Source: a virus
Reading direction: 5' to 3' (one strand)
Length of the DNA stretch: 48,883 nucleotides
Virus record (IMG/VR): IMGVR_UViG_3300031616_000011
Location: 1 to 48,883 of that record
The notes below the pieces were generated by a model. That model was not told the origin of the DNA and did no database searches. It saw nothing but the letters and a program-made list of their open reading frames with translations. The position numbers were made by a program, and so were the translations under genes. This document shows, piece by piece, positions 29,998 to 39,259 of this stretch; the stretch's first letter is position 1, and each line of letters starts with the position of its first letter.

Positions 29998-30185
29998 GCG
30001 ACCCGCTCGTCATTACCTGGAACGGCCGCCGGGTCCTGACCACCGGCCAGGCGGCCGAGGCGCTGAGCATCAAGCCCAACTCGTTCCGGGGTCGGATGAC
30101 CCGCCACGGCATCCGCCCCGCCGGACACGTCGACCCCCGCACACCCCTGTGGTACCCGGAAGACCTGGGACTGGAGCAGTCATGA
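29994..30185 (+). CDS. Excisionase-like HTH protein, 63 aa
   Basis: GTG in a GTGA overlap. LTTGQAAEALSIKPNSFRGRMTRHGIRPAG resembles excisionase/MerR-type HTH. Lies in the lysogeny region. Confidence 0.6.
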   Translation: MSDPLVITWNGRRVLTTGQAAEALSIKPNSFRGRMTRHGIRPAGHVDPRTPLWYPEDLGLEQS

Positions 30186-30421
30186 TCGGCATGGACGCGA
30201 TCGAGCGCACCGCCCGCGAGACCGGCACCTACGAGTCGACCCTCACCTACCTCGCCGAGCTCGTCGACGCGGACTACCTCACCGACGAGGAGTTCCGGAC
30301 CCACGTGCGCCGGGAGCTCGGCCGGAACCGCAGCAGGATCGCCGAGCTGCGCGCCGAGCCCGCGGCGGTGACGAGGATGCCCGTGGGCAGCAAGAAGCGC
30401 CCCCCGACCTCACCGGAGTGA
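30182..30421 (+). CDS. Hypothetical protein, 79 aa
   Basis: ATG 30182 in an ATGA overlap (MIGMDAIERTARETGTYESTLTYLAELVD). Confidence 0.55.
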   Translation: MIGMDAIERTARETGTYESTLTYLAELVDADYLTDEEFRTHVRRELGRNRSRIAELRAEPAAVTRMPVGSKKRPPTSPE

Positions 30422-30444
30422 GATCGGGGGGCGCTCTGCGCGCA

Positions 30445-30756
30445 CTACGGCGCGGGCGGCGGCGCGGGTGGCTGCCACGCTCCTTGCGGGACACCGGGTA
30501 GATCTGGGGCGGCATGCCGGGCCATCGCGATCGGGATCAACGGTGTGCCGGCGGCGTCGACGGGCTTCGCGAGCGGTGTGACCGCGGCGCGGGCCTTGGC
30601 TCCGGCGATGATCAGACCGAGCGCGGCGGCGGCGTAGGCGAGCCAGTGTCCCCACCCGGTCGGCAGGACGTGGAACTGCTGGTCGGCTTCGAGGAGCGCA
30701 CCGACAACGACGGCGGCCGTGGTGAGCACGGCGACGGGCTCGGTCCGGAGCTTCAT
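30445..30756 (-). CDS. Membrane protein, 103 aa (two TM; holin-like candidate)
   Basis: TM segments VAVLTTAAVVVGALL and WLAYAAAALGLIIAGA. Last gene of the lysis-proximal block. Confidence 0.5.
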   Translation of the reverse strand: MKLRTEPVAVLTTAAVVVGALLEADQQFHVLPTGWGHWLAYAAAALGLIIAGAKARAAVTPLAKPVDAAGTPLIPIAMARHAAPDLPGVPQGAWQPPAPPPAP

Positions 30757-31028
30757 CAGACACGCTCGGGCCAGTGCCAGGTTCCGCCCCGCTGGCCCTC
30801 TTCGTCCTGCTGGCAGCGGTTGAAGAACAGCCCGGTCGGGTTGAGCACGACCAGATCGGCGCGATTGGCGGCCGGGGCGCCCTCAACGAAATCCTGCGCG
30901 TCGTTGTCGTCTGGCGCTGGCACCGCGGCGATGATCGCGGCGCGGCACTGCGAGGTGTACTCGCCGCCGGGCGTGCCGTAGCTGACGTAGTGGACGATCC
31001 GGCCGACGGACGGCTGCGGGCTGGTCAA
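30756..31028 (-). CDS. Hypothetical protein, 90 aa
   Basis: GRIVHYVSYG .. DLVVLNPTGLFF .. GTWHWPE. Balanced composition. Confidence 0.65.
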   Translation of the reverse strand: MTSPQPSVGRIVHYVSYGTPGGEYTSQCRAAIIAAVPAPDDNDAQDFVEGAPAANRADLVVLNPTGLFFNRCQQDEEGQRGGTWHWPERV

Positions 31029-31318
31029 GGTGTCCTCCGCGGTGGTCGGGCCGGTGCGGTCTGGCCGTTGGACCGGTCCCGGGGCTGATGCCAGGCCAGG
31101 TGCTCGTCGAGCTTCGTCTCCAGCGTGGTCATCCGCTCGGTCATGCTCGGGATCCGTTTGGCCTTGTCGCCGAGCAACTGGTCAGCTACCTCGTTCAGCC
31201 GTCGCAGTGTCCGCCACACAGGGCGCACCACCCATCGGTAGAGGAGACCGATCAACGTGAGCAGCGCGATCAGGGAGCCGCAGACGACGCCGAGGGCCTG
31301 CCATCGGTCGAGACTCAT
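31025..31318 (-). CDS. Membrane protein, 97 aa (N-terminal TM plus coiled region)
   Basis: ATG 31318 after GAGGG. TM segment ALGVVCGSLIALLTLIGLLY. Confidence 0.55.
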   Translation of the reverse strand: MSLDRWQALGVVCGSLIALLTLIGLLYRWVVRPVWRTLRRLNEVADQLLGDKAKRIPSMTERMTTLETKLDEHLAWHQPRDRSNGQTAPARPPRRTP

Positions 31319-31382
31319 GGAACCCTCAATTTCGGGGGCTGATGCTTCCTGCGGCGGGGTCTCGGTCGCAGGGTGGAGCAGT

Positions 31383-31832
31383 TCACTGCACGAGGTGCGC
31401 GATGAGCAGGATGACCACGGAGGCACCTGCGATGATCAGGCCGCCGATGGCGAAGAACGTCGAACGGGTCGTCGCGCCACCCGACACCGATGCCTGGGCT
31501 GCCGCCACTTCCTCGGCGAGTTTCGCGACCAGCTTCTCCAGGGCCTGAAACTGCTCCTGGGTGGCGACACCCATCCGCAGCTCGTTGAGCAGGTCGAATC
31601 GTTTCTCGGCGGCGATCTCAGCCTTCGCGACCGCCTCTTTCTGGTTGGTGATGATCGTCGCGTTGAGTTTGTCGGCGGCGTCGAGCGCGGCCCTCATCGC
31701 GGTCTGCTGCGCCGCCATGGCCGTCTCGACCGCTTTGGTCTGCGCGTCGTACCGTTGTTGATCCCGGAGATCTTTCTCGGCGAGCAGCGCCCGGATGTAG
31801 TCCAGGATCGGAACGCTGCGCCGTAGGTTCAT
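31383..31832 (-). CDS. Coiled-coil protein with C-terminal TM anchor, 149 aa (lysis cassette)
   Basis: ATG 31832 in an ATGA overlap with the endolysin stop. C-terminus STFFAIGGLIIAGASVVILLIAHLV. Confidence 0.6.
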   Translation of the reverse strand: MNLRRSVPILDYIRALLAEKDLRDQQRYDAQTKAVETAMAAQQTAMRAALDAADKLNATIITNQKEAVAKAEIAAEKRFDLLNELRMGVATQEQFQALEKLVAKLAEEVAAAQASVSGGATTRSTFFAIGGLIIAGASVVILLIAHLVQ

Positions 31833-32812
31833 CCGCCCGCAGTGTGGACGGTGGCGCCGTCGAGCCGGGCCTTGACGGCCGCGTCGACGATGGTCCGCAG
31901 TTCCTCGACCGTGGGGACGAGCCCGGCCAGAGCAGCGGCGATCTCGGTGATCTGATCCGCGGACAGGGTGATCGGCGGCGGTGAGGAGACCGCCTGCTTC
32001 ACGGCGCCCAGGTCGACGCCGAGGTCGTGGACCGCGTTGACGAGGGTCGCCGTGCGCAGGTCTCCATCGGCCAGGCACTCGGCCACGGTGCGGTTGCGGT
32101 TGAAACCCGGCGTCGCGGTCCCGGCGACCTGGTCGGTGAGTTCCACGTCTGCTCCTGGTGAGGTCGTGCCGGCGACGAGCGCCCGCAGCTGGTCGAGGGT
32201 GCCTCGGTAGGCGTTGCGGTCGCAGGTGGTCAGCCCCGCGATCGTCGCCGAGCTCGTGTACTGCAAGAACGTCGGCGCCTGCCCGGAGTACGGGGCCCAG
32301 CCCGGCGCCCAGTTGTCTCCCGGGTACGCGGCCGTGGGGCCGTAGTCGGCGTTCCACAGCGGTCCGTCCCAGCCGCCGAGTTGGCTGCCGTACTGGCTGC
32401 GGGACGCGTACAGGATCGTCCACCGGCCTGTCCTGGCCCGCAGCTGCTGCGCGGCGGCGATCCCCACCGAGGCGGGTACCGCGTCATACGGCCAGCGCTC
32501 CAAGTCCACCTGCCAGAACCAGCCGGGGAAGGTCCGCCACCACGACTCGCCCGCGTCGGCGAGTTTCAGCCAGTAGTCGACCTGGGAGGTCACGGTCGCC
32601 GTGGACCGCGGGATCAGATACCCGCCGACGAGCGGGATACCCGCCGCCCGCGCGGCGGCGAGAGCGGTGTCGTCGTGGCCGCCCTCGGTGTCGGCGAGCC
32701 CTTCGGCGATCTTCGCGGTGAAGAACTCGATGCCCTCACTCTTGGCCCGGGCCAGGATCGACGGGGACAGCTGGCCGTCGAAATGGCTGCTATCCCAACC
32801 GAAGACGGTCAT
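31829..32812 (-). CDS. Endolysin, GH25 muramidase domain plus C-terminal domain of unknown type
   Basis: GWDSSHFDG, FFTAKIAEG, GGYL, WQVDLERW and LQYTS..CDRNAY match the GH25 lysozyme pattern. Confidence 0.85.
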   Translation of the reverse strand: MTVFGWDSSHFDGQLSPSILARAKSEGIEFFTAKIAEGLADTEGGHDDTALAAARAAGIPLVGGYLIPRSTATVTSQVDYWLKLADAGESWWRTFPGWFWQVDLERWPYDAVPASVGIAAAQQLRARTGRWTILYASRSQYGSQLGGWDGPLWNADYGPTAAYPGDNWAPGWAPYSGQAPTFLQYTSSATIAGLTTCDRNAYRGTLDQLRALVAGTTSPGADVELTDQVAGTATPGFNRNRTVAECLADGDLRTATLVNAVHDLGVDLGAVKQAVSSPPPITLSADQITEIAAALAGLVPTVEELRTIVDAAVKARLDGATVHTAGG

Positions 32813-32821
32813 CCGACCTCC

Positions 32822-33325
32822 CTACGCGATCTGCGTGCCGACCATGTACGAGCCGGCCTTGACGACGGTCCCCGTACCCGACGAGGCGGACGGAGCCCAG
32901 CGCAGTTGGAGCGTCCCCGGTGTGGTGCCGACGACGAGCCGGCCGGTGACCCGGGCCGCCCCGGGGGAGGTGTTCCCGCCGAACTGCTGGGTGTCGGAGA
33001 CGGTCCGCGCCAGGAGCCGGACCGAACCGGCGTTGCTCGCGGTGACCGAGTTGTCGAGGGCGACCGCCATCCAGTCGAACGTCGCGAGGGCCGGTGCCGT
33101 CCAGGCGATCAACAGTTGCCCGACAGCGCCTTGCGTGTAGAACAACTGCACCGCGATGTCGTACTCGCAGTTCGCGCTGACGCCGATGAACAGGTCCGGG
33201 TCGTTGCTGAACGTCGTCGTGCTGACGAGGGTCGTGTCGGCGGCTTTCGCGGCCCGGATCGGGAGCAGCGCCTGCAGCAGGGGACCGAGCGGCCGCCCGC
33301 CGGCGACGAAGCTGGGCAGTGCCAT
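32822..33325 (-). CDS. Minor tail-associated or hypothetical protein, 167 aa
   Basis: Located between the large minor tail gene and the endolysin. Thr/Ala/Gly-rich, beta-type composition. Confidence 0.5.
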   Translation of the reverse strand: MALPSFVAGGRPLGPLLQALLPIRAAKAADTTLVSTTTFSNDPDLFIGVSANCEYDIAVQLFYTQGAVGQLLIAWTAPALATFDWMAVALDNSVTASNAGSVRLLARTVSDTQQFGGNTSPGAARVTGRLVVGTTPGTLQLRWAPSASSGTGTVVKAGSYMVGTQIA

Positions 33326-33334
33326 GTCAGCTCC

Positions 33335-36300
33335 TCACAGGCCGATCACACCGGGCTGCCACAGCGACACCTTCGCGCCGGCGTTGTGGGCGATGGCAGT
33401 CCCGTTGACCCCGCGGGTCACGGTGAACAGTTGGGTTTGCGGCAGGGTGATGCCGTCGAACTCGGTGAAGTACGGCGCCGCGTTCGTGACACCGGCGTCG
33501 CGTTCCGCCTGGACGGCGATGTCCCCGACCGGCGGGATGGCACCGGTCGCGACCGTCGACGTCGGGGCGCCCGGCCGGGTCGTGCCGCGGATCCACACCC
33601 ACGCCTGCAGGAGCGTCGGGGTGACCCGCAGCAGCACCGAGTACGGGGTTGTCGTCCCGCCGATGCTCGGGAAGGTGCCGTCCTGCGCGACGAGGCTGCC
33701 GCCGGACACCTGCCCGACCGCGCACGACGCGGTACCGCCGACGCCGCAGTACAGCTGGACCCGGACGTAGTTGTTGGCGTCCGCGCGGCACGCGAACAGC
33801 GTGAGGGTCACATTCCCGCTGCCGGTCGGGGCGGCGGCGACGTGCATCAGGTCGGCGTACACGTCGAGGGTCGGACCGACCCCGACGGGCAGGACCGACA
33901 GCCGCTGCGTCACCGTGGTGGAAAGGTTGATGACGCCGAGCGTCCCGTTGGTGGAGAAGTCGCTGGCCGAACCGCCGGAGGATGCCCACACCTGCCCGCT
34001 GTCCGCGGTACCCCAGGTGCTGCTGGTGGTGCGGGTGAACGTGTCGTTGACGAGGCCGCCGATTCCTGTGACGGTGATCCGTTCGCCGTCGACGTTGACG
34101 TTGAACGGCCAATCCCCGCTCGCTGTCGTCCACAGGGGACTTCCGGCCAGGGTGCTGACCGGCAGCGTTCCCGACGCCAGGGCTGCCGTCGCCGCGACCG
34201 TCCCGGCCAGGGTCGAGTCGTCGGTGTCGATCCGGCCGAGGTTCCCGACCGTGGACTCGACCTCCCACACCTGGTACGGCCGCGCGCTGGTCAGGTTCAG
34301 GACCACCGTCCAGGAGCCTTCGCCCGGGTCGATGGTCTCGGTCCAGCCCTCGATGTGCAGGTCCAGGAGTGGCACCCCGAGCTCCGGGGGCGGGTTGAGA
34401 ATCTGGATCCGGGACCCGACCCAGCACCGTTTCCACGCCTGCAGCAGCTGCGGGGTGGCGGCGAAGTTCAACGTCAGCTGCGGGATGCGGATGTCGTCGA
34501 CGGTGCCGATGTTGACCCGCCAGCCGGCCTGCTGGACGGTGTCGGTGTCCAGCAGGGTGTTGAGGGTGATGCCCTCGTCGTAGTCCTGGTAGAGGGCGAT
34601 GTGGGCCGCGTTGAACGCGATCCCCCGCGACCCCCCGGACCGGGTGACGACCTCGTAGTTGCGGGACGTCTGGTCGTCGTCGGCGGTCTTCAGGTCCGAC
34701 AGGTGTTTCAGGGCGTGGTTGAGGGTCAGGTCGACGGGCCGGTTGTACCGCTCATACCTGGCCATGTAGTAGAGGCCGAAGCCGCGTTCGGACAGGATCC
34801 CGCCGTCGACGGTGGCCGCGTCCTGGATCAGGCCGAGGGTGTTGGTGGCGGGCTGCGGGCCGAGCTTCGACACCTTCGTCGCGTCGTCGGCCACCGACAC
34901 CGGGATGCCGGCGTCGGCGCAGACGCCCGCAATCCGGTTAGCGGCCGTGTTCGCGACCCAGCCGCCGAACGCCCCCGAGAACGGGCCGCCCGACTGGTCG
35001 GAGAAGAACGCGATCTCCCCGACGGCGCCGGTGAACGCGTTGCCGGTGCCGAAACCGGCGGTCGCCTGGACCGGCCAGCCGACATTCCGTCCGGTGAGGG
35101 TGCCGGTGATCGGCGCGTAGGTGACGTTGCCGAGGATGTCGTAGAACTGGAGCGAGTAGGCGATGTCGGCGCCGGACTGGGAGGCGTTCGCGACCATGTA
35201 CCAGGGCTTGTTGTAGAACGCGGCCCAGGTGACGTTGGTGAAGCCGATCTGCGTGCCGGTCGAGTCCAACGCGCGCATGATCATGGCGTCGCCGGCGGAG
35301 ATGACGAGCCGCCACGTGATCCCGCTGGTTGTCGTCCACGAGACGAGGAACGCGTCGACGGACGGGGTGCCGTCGATCTCCAGGACGCAGCGCATCCCCC
35401 AGCTGGTGTTGCCGGTGACCAGCGGGATCGGGCCGGTCGCGTAGCCGGTCGCCCCGAACCGGGGCAGCGCCGCACACCCGGGGGCACCCGTGTAGCTCGC
35501 GAGGCTCAGGCCCAGCATCGTCATCGGGGCCGCACCGACCTGGCTGGTCAGCGTGATGGATCCGGTCGGGTCCTCCATCGGCCAGTACTGGACCGGCTGG
35601 AGATGGTTCCGGGACGTCAGCGCGCGGACGGCCGCCGAGGTGGCGGGGCCGGTGCCCTGCTGCATCTGCTGCAAGATCCCGGCCGCGGTGATGGAGACCG
35701 TCGAGTCCCGGGCGGTCGGGTCCCAACTGACCGGGAGGGTGGCGATCCGGCCCTCGAACCGCACCGGCGGCGCCTCGACGAGGATCTGGTCGTAGGAGAA
35801 CTGGACCGGCAGGGCGTTGGTGTTGCCGGTCGCGACCCCGGACCGCACCCCGATGTGGCCCGGCTGATCCAGCGGCGCCGGGTCCACGACGGACACCGTG
35901 TAGCTGGCGGGTTTCGCGGCGCCCTGCCAGATCCGCATCCTGATCGTGGAGCCGTAGCACTCCGCCTCGATGTTCAGTGGTGTCCCGGCGGCGTGGGTCA
36001 GGCCGGGGACGGTGACCGGACCCAGCAGGGTCGTCGAGCCCGTCGCGGTCGCGTTCCGGAAGATGATGATCTGCACGGCCGCCGCGGTCGTGACCTGGAC
36101 CCGGCACAGGTAGTAGTCGAGGTTCCCGAGCCGGCGCAGGGCGATGTTGCCGGGTTCGAGGTTCGCGCCGGTCGGGACCGGGCAGGACACGGTGAGGTTC
36201 ACCCGGACGTCGGCGAGGTTCGGCCGCAGCGGCAGGTTCGACTGCCGGAACCCGTTCGTCGTCGGCTGGGAATGGATCCCGAACCCGCCCGAGACCGGGA

Positions 36301-36706
36301 AGTCGGTGCCGAGGACGGAGCCGCCGAGGCCCTGGTTGGCCCACACCTGACCGGTGTCCGCGGCCGGCGCCCACGAGTTCGCGGACGTCCGGGAGAACGT
36401 GTCGAGGGCCTGCTGGACGTAGTTCGCCGTGTCCGCCAGCAAACGGATCGGGATGTTCCGGCGGATCTGCCCGTACCAGGGTCCGGCCAAATTCCGGGCG
36501 ACCCACCGGCCGCCCTTGTTGTCGACCAACAGCTGGAACGTCGACGGCGGCATCTGGGAGAACCCGTCGCGGCGGCCCTGCGTCGTCGTGGTCTTGTTCG
36601 CCGCCCGCACCCACGGGGTTGCATCGGTCCAGGTGATGGCGCCCGGACCGAGTGTCGGATCGGCGCCGAGGCCGAGTTCGACAGCGACGGGGGTGTTGAG
36701 CGCCAT
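33335..36706 (-). CDS. Large minor tail protein, 1123 aa (Dit-like N-terminus, probable baseplate/tip functions)
   Basis: ATG 36706 after GGAGGTG. First minus-strand gene after the tape measure. N-terminal STFQLLVDNKGGRWVARNLAGPWYGQIRRNIPIRL resembles distal tail proteins. Confidence 0.75.
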   Translation of the reverse strand: MALNTPVAVELGLGADPTLGPGAITWTDATPWVRAANKTTTTQGRRDGFSQMPPSTFQLLVDNKGGRWVARNLAGPWYGQIRRNIPIRLLADTANYVQQALDTFSRTSANSWAPAADTGQVWANQGLGGSVLGTDFPVSGGFGIHSQPTTNGFRQSNLPLRPNLADVRVNLTVSCPVPTGANLEPGNIALRRLGNLDYYLCRVQVTTAAAVQIIIFRNATATGSTTLLGPVTVPGLTHAAGTPLNIEAECYGSTIRMRIWQGAAKPASYTVSVVDPAPLDQPGHIGVRSGVATGNTNALPVQFSYDQILVEAPPVRFEGRIATLPVSWDPTARDSTVSITAAGILQQMQQGTGPATSAAVRALTSRNHLQPVQYWPMEDPTGSITLTSQVGAAPMTMLGLSLASYTGAPGCAALPRFGATGYATGPIPLVTGNTSWGMRCVLEIDGTPSVDAFLVSWTTTSGITWRLVISAGDAMIMRALDSTGTQIGFTNVTWAAFYNKPWYMVANASQSGADIAYSLQFYDILGNVTYAPITGTLTGRNVGWPVQATAGFGTGNAFTGAVGEIAFFSDQSGGPFSGAFGGWVANTAANRIAGVCADAGIPVSVADDATKVSKLGPQPATNTLGLIQDAATVDGGILSERGFGLYYMARYERYNRPVDLTLNHALKHLSDLKTADDDQTSRNYEVVTRSGGSRGIAFNAAHIALYQDYDEGITLNTLLDTDTVQQAGWRVNIGTVDDIRIPQLTLNFAATPQLLQAWKRCWVGSRIQILNPPPELGVPLLDLHIEGWTETIDPGEGSWTVVLNLTSARPYQVWEVESTVGNLGRIDTDDSTLAGTVAATAALASGTLPVSTLAGSPLWTTASGDWPFNVNVDGERITVTGIGGLVNDTFTRTTSSTWGTADSGQVWASSGGSASDFSTNGTLGVINLSTTVTQRLSVLPVGVGPTLDVYADLMHVAAAPTGSGNVTLTLFACRADANNYVRVQLYCGVGGTASCAVGQVSGGSLVAQDGTFPSIGGTTTPYSVLLRVTPTLLQAWVWIRGTTRPGAPTSTVATGAIPPVGDIAVQAERDAGVTNAAPYFTEFDGITLPQTQLFTVTRGVNGTAIAHNAGAKVSLWQPGVIGL

Positions 36707-36760
36707 CCATCACCTCCGCCGATCATGGGCTCGGAGATGACCGACCAGCTGAGGTGACCA

Positions 36761-37219
36761 TTGCGTGACGCTGAGACACTGTCGGGCGTGAATACGTCGA
36801 CACAACCCGAGTACTTACGGAACTACGTCCCCAAGTACGAGCCGACCACCGGCGTGCTCCTGACCGCGTGGCTCGGCGACGTTCTGATCGACGGCGACGT
36901 GATCCACACACCGGTCGGTGACATGCCGCGCAACCGGACCCGTTGGCAGGTCGGCGAGACCATCCCCCAGCCGGGTCGGGTCCCGACCTGGGCGATTGCC
37001 TGCGCGGTCATCCTCTTCTTTTGCATGGGGCCGTTCTCGCTGCTGTTCCTGCTGGTGAAGGACGCCGGCGGTCAGATGACGGCGGTCCACCTCACCGACG
37101 GCCGCGCGCGGTACACGACGACCGCCTTCACCGTCGACCAGAACGGCTATCGGCTCATCCATCAGACCGTTGAATGGGCGGAGCAGGCGCTTCCGGAGCG
37201 TCGGGCGATCGGCGGCTAG
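36761..37219 (+). CDS. Reverse-oriented membrane protein, 152 aa (moron-like)
   Basis: TTG 36761 preceded by GAGGTG 4 nt upstream. High GC3. Central TM segment WAIACAVILFFCMGPFSLLFLLV. Its TAG shares the CTAG tetranucleotide with the tape measure stop. Confidence 0.65.
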   Translation: MRDAETLSGVNTSTQPEYLRNYVPKYEPTTGVLLTAWLGDVLIDGDVIHTPVGDMPRNRTRWQVGETIPQPGRVPTWAIACAVILFFCMGPFSLLFLLVKDAGGQMTAVHLTDGRARYTTTAFTVDQNGYRLIHQTVEWAEQALPERRAIGG

Positions 37220-39246
37220 TTCACGATCGACTTGGCGTGGATCTGGAGGTGGCCGGTGCGGCTCTGCTCGGCGAGCCAGGTGGCGAAGAACCCGTCCAGG
37301 CCGCCGGTCGGCCCGCTGTAGATCAGGTACGCCGGGCCGCTCGCCGACGACGGGGAGTTCCGGGAGACCTGGAAGCCGTAGTTGTTGCCGACGATCTGCG
37401 CGAGTCCCATAGCTGCTGTCTGGCTGATCCCCCGTAGCGGGATGAACGCTTCACCGCCGGTCTGCGGCTCACCGAACAGCACGGTGCCCGGGTTGCGGGG
37501 CGGGACGATCAGGCCCTCGGCAGCCCGCCGGATACCGCCGTGGGCGTAGGCGCCCTTGAGCGGCACCCCGCCGATCGGCTGGCCGTTCGGACCGCTCTCG
37601 GTGACCCTGACGTTGACTTTGACGTTGACCGTCTTGTCCTTGATCTGGCTCAGCGAGCCGACCAGGGCGTCAACGGCGGCCTTGTTGAAGCCCAACTGCG
37701 CCAGCAGGCCCCGGAGCTGGCTGATCTGCCGGCCGAACGCCGCGTTCGCCGCGTCGGTCGCCTGCTGGGTGCCGCCGCCGGCCTCGATCGCCTTTTCGCG
37801 CTGCTGCTCCAGCTTGCCGATCATGTCGGTGACGACGCCGATGTTGGTCCGGCCGGCGTCGGAGTTGATGTCCAGGCTGTGGGCGTGGCCGGAGACGGCC
37901 TTCGCCATGTCGGCGAATCCTGCCGCTACCGCAACGTTGGCGTTCTCCAACCCGAGCGCCTGGTTGATGGCCGAAGCCATCTGGTCGTTGAGGTTCTTCA
38001 ACGCCTGCGCGGCGTTGTTGCCCTTGTCCGCGACGTCACCGAGGCTCTGCGAGACGCCGGGCAGGACGCTGCCGAACGCGGCCGGTTTCCGGTCGTCCCA
38101 GATGCCGAACCAGTTCGAGATCGGCTTCAGGATCGGGTCGAACTCCGCGACCTTCGCGACCACGTCGGTGACGCCGTGGCCGAACTGGTCGAGGGCGTCA
38201 TAGGCCTTGCCGAACCAGCCGATCATCGTCCCGGTGGCCTGGATCGTGGCGCCGACCACGTGGAGGATCTGCGAGAGCGCCTCGGCCTCGCCCTTGGCGC
38301 CGGAGCCGATGCTGTTCAACGCCTCCTCGATCGAATGGCCGAGGTCGGCGATGGAGGGTCCGAGCGCCTTCAGAATGGGCGCCCCGTCGTGGATCAGGTT
38401 GGCGATGCCGGTGCCGATCTCGGCGACCGCCGAAGCCACCCCGGCGCCGATGCCCTCGGTGTACTGCGACAGTTCCTCGAGGGTCTTCTGGATCGGTAGG
38501 CCGTTGAGGGCATCGCCGAGCATCTGGACGTCTTTGAGCGCCGGTTCGATGAACGACGCGGACCCGCGCGACCAGGCGGCCTCAACCTTGTCCAGCTCGT
38601 TGTTGAACGCTGTCGAGATCCTCGGGGCCTGCTGGACGGCGCCGGCGATGCCCGCGGCGATACCGGCCGCGCCGACGGCCGCGATGGCCGCACCCGCCGC
38701 GGCAGCCACTACCGGGATGGCCGCGAGCGCGATGCCTCCGATCGCGGCCGGGCTGGTCAGACCACCGGAGAACAGGGTCCCGATGGACGGGGCGGTCTTT
38801 TCCGCCGACGTACCCAACTGGCCGATGTCGCCGGTGAGGTTGCCGATCTCCTTGCGCATCTTCGACAGCCCGGCCAACTCGGACGAGTCGGACCGGAACT
38901 TCTTCATCAGCGCCGGGTCGCCGGTCCGGTCGAACTCGGCGGCCAGGTTCTTCAGGGAGGCTTTCAGCTCGTCGGCACGGCTGACGAACTTTCCCGTCGC
39001 GTCGGTGTTCGCCGTGGTCTTCTTACTCAGGTCCTCGACGGAGGTTGAGGTCCTCTTCGCCTCGGCACCCATCACGCCGATCGCTGCGCCGGCCTTGGCC
39101 GCATCGGCGGGGATCTTGTTGATGTCCCGGTCGAGGGCGGAGACCTTCCGGTCCAATCCGTCGACGCTGCGCTCTGCCGCTGCGGCTTCGGCCTTGAACT
39201 GCGAGGCCTTGAGCTCGAGGGCAACGGATGCCTTGCGGTCGGCCAC
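37216..39246 (-). CDS. Tape measure protein
   Basis: 676 aa, Ala/Gly-rich and coiled, with a hydrophobic central stretch (AIGGIALAAIPVVAAAAGAAIAAVGAAGIAAGIAG). Follows the chaperone pair. Confidence 0.9.
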   Translation of the reverse strand: MADRKASVALELKASQFKAEAAAAERSVDGLDRKVSALDRDINKIPADAAKAGAAIGVMGAEAKRTSTSVEDLSKKTTANTDATGKFVSRADELKASLKNLAAEFDRTGDPALMKKFRSDSSELAGLSKMRKEIGNLTGDIGQLGTSAEKTAPSIGTLFSGGLTSPAAIGGIALAAIPVVAAAAGAAIAAVGAAGIAAGIAGAVQQAPRISTAFNNELDKVEAAWSRGSASFIEPALKDVQMLGDALNGLPIQKTLEELSQYTEGIGAGVASAVAEIGTGIANLIHDGAPILKALGPSIADLGHSIEEALNSIGSGAKGEAEALSQILHVVGATIQATGTMIGWFGKAYDALDQFGHGVTDVVAKVAEFDPILKPISNWFGIWDDRKPAAFGSVLPGVSQSLGDVADKGNNAAQALKNLNDQMASAINQALGLENANVAVAAGFADMAKAVSGHAHSLDINSDAGRTNIGVVTDMIGKLEQQREKAIEAGGGTQQATDAANAAFGRQISQLRGLLAQLGFNKAAVDALVGSLSQIKDKTVNVKVNVRVTESGPNGQPIGGVPLKGAYAHGGIRRAAEGLIVPPRNPGTVLFGEPQTGGEAFIPLRGISQTAAMGLAQIVGNNYGFQVSRNSPSSASGPAYLIYSGPTGGLDGFFATWLAEQSRTGHLQIHAKSIVN

Positions 39247-39259
39247 GACAACCTCCCGG

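Noticed and set aside
32381-36757. 1458-aa plus-strand ORF, the longest in the track
   Set aside because: It is antisense to the 1123-aa minor tail gene and the endolysin. The translation is Arg/Gly/Pro/Asp low-complexity, typical of stop-poor shadow frames in about 70 percent GC DNA. It has no SD. The minus-strand frames have normal protein composition and recognisable motifs.
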